Source: a bacterium (GTDB taxonomy: Bacteria > UBA6262 > WVXT01). Taken from it: a DNA stretch of 12,525 nt. The notes below the pieces were generated by a model that was given only the letters and a program-made list of their open reading frames with translations, had not been told where the DNA came from and ran no database searches. The position numbers and the translations under genes are program-made. The stretch covers positions 1 to 12,525 of the forward strand of contig JBHIBS010000042.1 in the NCBI GenBank assembly GCA_046759165.1. The letters are read 5' to 3'. Position 1 is the first letter of the stretch, and every line of letters starts with the position of its first letter. Of this stretch, positions 7,653 through 12,525 are shown piece by piece.

Positions 7653-10318
7653 TACCTTCTCCTTTCACCAATCGCATATTTTCGTTCTAAATCTCTCAAC
7701 ATATTTCTAAAATTCTCATTGTGGGGCGCTAATTTCACTGCTGTGCTTAATTCTTCCATTGCTTCTCTGTATTTTCTCATATTAGCATAAACAGATCCCA
7801 AATATCCGTGAGCCTCAGCTGAATTTGGATTTAATTCTATCACCTTTTTGAAATTTTCTGAGGCAGTAATTAAATCTCTCTCCCGAAAATATGAATAGCC
7901 TAATAGAAAATAGACCTCAGGGTTATAGGGATTGAGAACAAGTGAGAGATTACATTCTCTTATGGCTTGCTCGATCTTCCTTTCATTCATATATACAAGG
8001 CCAAGATTGTAATGAATTACTGCTGAATTGGGCATTATCTTATTAGCCCGCTGTAGGAGTTTGAAGGCTTGGTCGATTTCATTTCGAGCAATCAGTCCTC
8101 TGGCTTCCATTATATAGCCATCCACCTCAGGGGATTCGTATATCTCCACATAATTAATGGGTTCATCTGCTTCTTTTTCATATTTAACCTCAAAGAGATA
8201 AACATCTTTTTCCGCATAGATTAATTTCAAATTGTTCCTCCAAAACTTATGGAAAAGTGCGAAATCGTCGCCTTGCCAATCGAAAATTTTATAATTCCTT
8301 AGACGATATGCCTCTGTTCGATTATACAAGACATGCGTAATGCCCAATCTCTTAAGTCTTTCTAATAACTCATCAGTATCCTTGCAAAATCTCACCAATC
8401 TGGTAACAATACTGTGGGGGTCTTCAGCCAGGCTGGTCACAAAATTTCTCTCACAATAATGACCTCTCGCTTCTCCTATAAACAAGACCTTTGCATCCAA
8501 TGGTAAATTTTGATTAATATACTTGACAACTGGATAATAATACGGCATTAGATTCCAGCCTATCCTATCTCTAGACAAATACTCCTCTCTTGATTCCCTG
8601 GCCAAAACCACGCCCCAAGGATCTTTATTCGCCGTAAGTATAAATATGCTCCAACCAACATTATTTATCAACATAAGGAAGACAAGAAAAATTAGTATCT
8701 TAGTAAAGTACCTACTCTCTTTTTCAACTTTCAATAGAAGATAGGAAACTATTATTCCAAATATAGTAAGTCCTGAAATAAAATATCTTAAATTTCTTGT
8801 GGCTAACAAGCTCCAGGCAAAGAACCAAGCTGCGCCCAAAAAAATCAAAAATTTAGTTAAATCATTTTTTCTTGAAAAGAACAACAAAGGAAGGAGATAT
8901 AAAAATATAGGGCCAACGAAAGAATTGGAATCATTACCTCCCTTCGTAAGAGTCCAGGGAAATATCAACCATTCTTTTATATTCCTTGTAGGGAACCTGT
9001 CCCATTTTTTGGCCCTCCTGGTCAAGTAGACTCTGGTATCTAAGGGAGTGTATTCAGAGCCAAAATAGAAATTTTTACTCTTGAACACGCTACTCAGAAA
9101 TGGGTTGAATGGATTGTTCGTGTAAATGGTGTTCTTTATCAACCAAGGAGAAAATAGAGCTGTCGCTACCGTACAGAATAGAAAAGTTTTCTTTAAGCAC
9201 ATCTTAATTTTTGCTTTATGTATTATCGCTGCTCCCAAGAAAATGGAAATAGCAAATAGCAGAAAGCTGTACATAGCGGTATATTTTACCCCCATAGCTA
9301 AACCGCTAAATAGAGCAGCCGCGATTAACCAACCATCTTTAACCGCCTTGGGCTTTTCGTCTCTCGTCTTTATGACAAACCAATTCACCAGGGCGAAGAC
9401 TGCCAAGAGCTCGAAAAAAGTTAGACCAAGCTCAATCCCTGTAACACGGGATTGCATAGCAACCATGGGAACCGTATAGAATATAGCTGCTGCCAGAAGT
9501 CCTACCCGATAATTAAAATATTTGCGGCCGAATGTGTAAACGAGTAGAACTACAAATATTCCCATTATCCAATGGATAAGTTTTGCCAAAATATCTGTTC
9601 CCAATAGAAGACTTAAGGTATATAACATTTGCATATTCTGCGGGAAATGAGAAGTGAAAATGGTCTCAATATACTTTATCCCATGGTTTATCTTATACAG
9701 ACTGGGAACTGCTAAATGAAACACTAAGGAGTCGTAGAATACTTCCGGAGCCAGAGCTCCAACTAAATTTATTACCGCCGCCACTCCCAGTAATCCCCAA
9801 AAAAACATATCAAATATTGCAAACCTGGGTTTCGATGACGACAATTGAAGTTTCTGGAGTTTGACCTTTTTAACTTCAAGAATTGAAAAAACACTCAGTA
9901 TTCCCAACACACAATAGATTACCCAGGTATGATATAGTTTTAAAATACCCATACCGAATGTTATTAATGACAAAGAACCAAATCCCAAACCTAAAGCAAA
10001 AATAGTGCTTTCTAATATAGATTCTCCTTCAATCCTTATTAACTTTAATAGCTTCCTGCCAATGCCAAAAGCAATCATACAGATTATTCCCAAGCCTACA
10101 AGTAACAAAAGGTGGTAACCTGCTAAGGTAACGAATCTGCCCAAACTGAAGCTATGTGGATATCGGAGATTTGAAAAGATATGAACCAAGGAGGTAAACG
10201 GAGCCAGAAAGCCACTTTTAATAAAATAGTTATGATAGAAAAAAAAGGTCCAAAAAATATAAAAACCTGAAAGGATAATAATTGGAAGTTTTAAACCATT
10301 CTGTGTCTTTTGCTTCAA
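7652..10318 (-). CDS. Polytopic GT-C-fold (ArnT/PMT, GT39/83-like) membrane glycosyltransferase fused to about 4 C-terminal TPR repeats
   Basis: More than 12 hydrophobic segments; LAPEVFYDSLVFHL loop, GLAMGVKYT, SPWLIKN...NPFNP and RYF motifs; soluble domain YINQNLP..AKVLFIGE...GITHVL; then TPRs (HYNLGLVY, YFLLGYSY, AHGYLGSVY, with P-N turns) at about 7680-8125. TTG start with SD GAGG. Confidence 0.8.
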   Translation of the reverse strand: MKQKTQNGLKLPIIILSGFYIFWTFFFYHNYFIKSGFLAPFTSLVHIFSNLRYPHSFSLGRFVTLAGYHLLLLVGLGIICMIAFGIGRKLLKLIRIEGESILESTIFALGLGFGSLSLITFGMGILKLYHTWVIYCVLGILSVFSILEVKKVKLQKLQLSSSKPRFAIFDMFFWGLLGVAAVINLVGALAPEVFYDSLVFHLAVPSLYKINHGIKYIETIFTSHFPQNMQMLYTLSLLLGTDILAKLIHWIMGIFVVLLVYTFGRKYFNYRVGLLAAAIFYTVPMVAMQSRVTGIELGLTFFELLAVFALVNWFVIKTRDEKPKAVKDGWLIAAALFSGLAMGVKYTAMYSFLLFAISIFLGAAIIHKAKIKMCLKKTFLFCTVATALFSPWLIKNTIYTNNPFNPFLSSVFKSKNFYFGSEYTPLDTRVYLTRRAKKWDRFPTRNIKEWLIFPWTLTKGGNDSNSFVGPIFLYLLPLLFFSRKNDLTKFLIFLGAAWFFAWSLLATRNLRYFISGLTIFGIIVSYLLLKVEKESRYFTKILIFLVFLMLINNVGWSIFILTANKDPWGVVLARESREEYLSRDRIGWNLMPYYYPVVKYINQNLPLDAKVLFIGEARGHYCERNFVTSLAEDPHSIVTRLVRFCKDTDELLERLKRLGITHVLYNRTEAYRLRNYKIFDWQGDDFALFHKFWRNNLKLIYAEKDVYLFEVKYEKEADEPINYVEIYESPEVDGYIMEARGLIARNEIDQAFKLLQRANKIMPNSAVIHYNLGLVYMNERKIEQAIRECNLSLVLNPYNPEVYFLLGYSYFRERDLITASENFKKVIELNPNSAEAHGYLGSVYANMRKYREAMEELSTAVKLAPHNENFRNMLRDLERKYAIGERRR

Positions 10319-10320
10319 TT

Positions 10321-11430
10321 TTACCTCTTTATTATGTCAACAATTCTTTTAATTTCATCCTCAGTCAATTCGGGAAACATGGGAAGAGAAAGCAATCCTT
10401 CCGAACAAGCTTCGGAGATGGGAAAATCGCCTTTTTTCCAACCCAAATATCTATATGCTTCTTGAAGGTGTAATGGGAAAGGATAATGGATAGCCGCAGA
10501 AATCCCGTTCTCCCTCAACTTTAAGTATAACTCCTGTCTCTCCTCTGTCTTAATCACATAAAGGTGGTAAACGTGCTTGGCATATTCCATTTCAAGTGGA
10601 GTTTTGACTTTGTTTCCTTTAAGAAACTCATCATACAATTTAGCATTTCTTCGCCTTCTTTCTGTCCATTCCTCAAGATGTCTCAACTTTACTCTCAGTA
10701 TGGCAGCCTGGATTGCATCCAGGCGATAATTATAACCCTCTACCTGATGGTAATATTTTTCCGCACGACCATGGTTTCTCAACAGTCTCACCTTTTCCGC
10801 TAATCCCTTATTATCAGTGACTACCATGCCTGCATCTCCATAGGCACCCAAATTTTTCCCGGGATAGAAACTGAAGCAGGCGATATCCCCCAGACTTCCG
10901 ACTCTCTTCCCCTTATACTCAGCGCCATGAGCCTGGCAAGCATCTTCAATTACAATGAGATTGTGCTTTTTAGCAATCTCAATAATCTTATCCATATCAG
11001 CAGGTTGACCAAATAGATGAACTGGGACAATCGCTTTCGTTCTTTCCGTAATCGCCTGTTCAATCTTCTCGGCATCCATAGTATAACTTCTATCCTCAAT
11101 GTCTACGAAAACGACTTTCGCACCAGTATGGGATACTGCTTCCGTAGTAGCAATGAATGTATAAGGAACTGTAATTACTTCATCACCTTGCTTAATCCCG
11201 CAAACTACCAGAGCCAGGTGAAGACCAGTTGTGCCCGAACTTGTCCCCACCCCATATTTAACTCTACAAAATTCTGCGAATTCATTCTCAAATTTCTCCA
11301 CATTTTCTCCCATAATAAAGGCACTCTTATCGATGACTTCCTGAATAGCCCCGTCGATCTCCTTCTTAATCGACAGATACTGGCGTTTTAAATCAACCAG
11401 AGGAACGTTCATCCAAGGACTCCTTTCCAT
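10321..11430 (-). CDS. DegT/DnrJ/EryC1/StrS PLP-dependent NDP-sugar aminotransferase (WbpE/WlbC/GnnB-like)
   Basis: [25 protein letters not shown] (PLP lysine) and [12 protein letters not shown] motifs. True start probably ATG 11412 ([14 protein letters not shown] upstream). Confidence 0.95.
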   Translation of the reverse strand: MERSPWMNVPLVDLKRQYLSIKKEIDGAIQEVIDKSAFIMGENVEKFENEFAEFCRVKYGVGTSSGTTGLHLALVVCGIKQGDEVITVPYTFIATTEAVSHTGAKVVFVDIEDRSYTMDAEKIEQAITERTKAIVPVHLFGQPADMDKIIEIAKKHNLIVIEDACQAHGAEYKGKRVGSLGDIACFSFYPGKNLGAYGDAGMVVTDNKGLAEKVRLLRNHGRAEKYYHQVEGYNYRLDAIQAAILRVKLRHLEEWTERRRRNAKLYDEFLKGNKVKTPLEMEYAKHVYHLYVIKTEERQELYLKLRENGISAAIHYPFPLHLQEAYRYLGWKKGDFPISEACSEGLLSLPMFPELTEDEIKRIVDIIKR

Positions 11431-11505
11431 TTCGAATATCTTAAGAACTAACCCGTTCTATTCTCTCAATCCAAGGGAATACTGGGCGGAAATAACCCCT
11501 TAGCC

Positions 11506-11521
11506 CTCTCGGGACCGAGAG
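11506..11521. repeat. GC-rich inverted repeat (hairpin core)
   Basis: CTCTCGG-GA-CCGAGAG. On the minus-strand RNA it extends via GGUAACUC/GGGUUAUU pairing (about 11491-11530). Confidence 0.6.
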
Positions 11522-11525
11522 TGAG

Positions 11526-11647
11526 TTACCAGAGAACTACGGTCCACAAAACGCAAAAACCCAAAAAGATAATGACTGGCACTCTCAGCCTGCTCCTATC
11601 ATTTTGGGTTGGTTTTCTTTCTTTATGATTTTTCTCTTAATTTTCAT
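11526..11647 (-). pseudogene. 5' remnant of a paralogue of the GT-C/TPR gene
   Basis: ATG at 11647, a frameshift in the A-rich stretch, then KERKPTQNDRSRLRVPVIIFLGFCVLWTVVLW*, versus MKQKTQNGLKLPIIILSGFYIFWTFFFY in the intact gene. 30/39 nt identity between 11541-11579 and 10247-10285. Confidence 0.75.
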
Positions 11648-11674
11648 CCAACAATTCAGTGAAAGTTCCAATCT

Positions 11675-12130
11675 TCAGCGAATCCTTCTAAAAGGCTTTT
11701 TCGCTCTGGGAGGACCGAGAATCTCAGATACGAGTATGCCCCGTCCCAAAGTTTCTAAATCCCTTAACTCAATTTCCAGTTCTTCCATTTCAGGACTCGG
11801 TCTGACCACTGGACGTGCTCTAACTTCCATTTCGGGCGCTTCTTTTAATTCAATGGTCTCAGTAGTTTCTGGTTCTTTCACTGGAGGGAGAATAATGGGA
11901 GGCTGTTCGCTCACAGGAATACCTTTTTCTTCACCTTCCAAGACTTCAAAAACTTCACTTACCTCCTCTTCCGGAAACATTCCTGCTGACTCCTCCTCAG
12001 GTTCTCTATAAGCCTCCCCCTCCCCTTGGAGACGTTCCCTTTTCTTCCGAGACCTCCTCCTTATTAAACTGCCTGATATTAACCATATTAGTGCTAAAAT
12101 TACCCAAAAAACCACTTCTATTCGTTCCAT
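11675..12130 (-). CDS. YqfB-like single-pass membrane protein (partner gene downstream of floA)
   Basis: N-terminal TM helix followed by a basic RRRSRKKR stretch, a Glu/Pro-rich linker and the C-terminal GILVSEILGPPRA motif typical of genes following floA. SD GGAG upstream. Confidence 0.75.
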   Translation of the reverse strand: MERIEVVFWVILALIWLISGSLIRRRSRKKRERLQGEGEAYREPEEESAGMFPEEEVSEVFEVLEGEEKGIPVSEQPPIILPPVKEPETTETIELKEAPEMEVRARPVVRPSPEMEELEIELRDLETLGRGILVSEILGPPRAKKPFRRIR

Positions 12131-12156
12131 GTCGACTTCTCCGAGTTATACACGAG

Positions 12157-12330
12157 ATTTGTAGCAGCAACAGCGCAAGCTTTGCCTTCCTTTTTGCACG
12201 GTTAAAACCGCGGCTACAAATGATGCACAATTTGAAATTGTCTCCACAAATTTTCTCATTGATCCTTTTATTGTAGGCACAAATTCAATTTGTGCATAGT
12301 TGGGTAACCACAAGGGTCGCCCCCGACAAA
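12157..12330. repeat. Cluster of five degenerate GTAG-family REP-like palindromes
   Basis: Each unit starts TTGT(A/G/C)G followed by a hairpin: about 12159-12190(+), 12196-12219(-), 12223-12249(-), 12271-12297(+), 12302-12330(-). Confidence 0.7.
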
Positions 12331-12352
12331 GCGGCGCGGTGCTGCTCTCGAG

Positions 12353-12525
12353 CTATTTCTTTTCTGGCTTTTCTGGTCTTCCTGCCAGAGACTCCCTCAT
12401 TTTTGTATCTGCCTGAATGTTCTTAAGATTATAGTAGTCCATAATTCCCAGACGGCCTTCTCTGAAAGCGTAAGCCATTGCTTTGGGGACCTCAACTTCG
12501 GCTTCCACAACCTTTGCTCTCATCT
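12353..12525 (-). CDS. floA: Flotillin-like protein FloA (YqfA/UPF0365), 3' end only
   Basis: Reads [56 protein letters not shown], the conserved FloA C-terminus. TAG at 12353-12355. Absent from the ORF track. Confidence 0.93.
   Translation of the reverse strand, partial: MRAKVVEAEVEVPKAMAYAFREGRLGIMDYYNLKNIQADTKMRESLAGRPEKPEKK

Noticed and set aside
10239-10246. T8 tract near the 5' end of the GT-C gene as a phase-variation switch
   Set aside because: Short, explained by Phe codons in a TM helix, and expected in AT-rich DNA.
5047-11391. Plus-strand ORFs 5047-5247, 6073-6318, 7504-7710, 8799-9029, 9126-9479, 10282-10473, 10564-10803 and 11017-11391
   Set aside because: All are antisense to motif-rich genes and show no independent coding signal.
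11438-11469. Candidate promoter TTGAGA...TAAGAT before the aminotransferase
   Set aside because: The 20-bp spacer is too long for a sigma70 promoter.
11492-11501. ATAACCCCTT match to the T7 terminator
   Set aside because: Only 10 bp, with no other vector sequence; chance.
11604-12276. ORFs 11604-12011(+), 12006-12230(-) and 12091-12276(+)
   Set aside because: They overlap the yqfB-like gene or REP cluster. The Ser-rich content of the first mirrors Glu codons on the other strand.
12157-12330. Possible mini CRISPR array
   Set aside because: Units are inverted, heterogeneous and irregularly spaced, and there are no cas genes in the window.
12359-12376. CCAGAAAAG x2 at the floA 3' end (PEKPEK)
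   Set aside because: Trivial duplication in a variable tail.

Overview
Bacterial chromosomal window in which every credible gene lies on the minus strand. In transcription order (high to low coordinate): 3' end of floA (yqfA); a 220-bp spacer holding five GTAG-type REP-like hairpins; a yqfB-like gene; an 8-gene glycosylation cluster; then the heat-shock operon hrcA-grpE-dnaK (5' end), preceded by a TTGACA promoter and a perfect CIRCE operator. The cluster encodes a DegT-family aminotransferase, an 888-aa GT-C-fold membrane glycosyltransferase fused to C-terminal TPRs, a Gfo/Idh/MocA oxidoreductase, a WbpD-like N-acetyltransferase, a DPM1-like GT2, a GT4, a SAM methyltransferase and a UPF0104 flippase-like protein. 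The best candidate for an undescribed system is this self-contained cluster. It could make a 3-acetamido sugar, load it on a lipid carrier, flip it, and transfer it via the TPR-bearing GT-C, possibly onto proteins. Three gene remnants missed by the ORF track (paralogous GT-C start, deacetylase start, second GT2 fragment) suggest repeated remodelling. A degenerate second CIRCE lies inside hrcA. All family calls come from motif recognition by eye; no searches were run.
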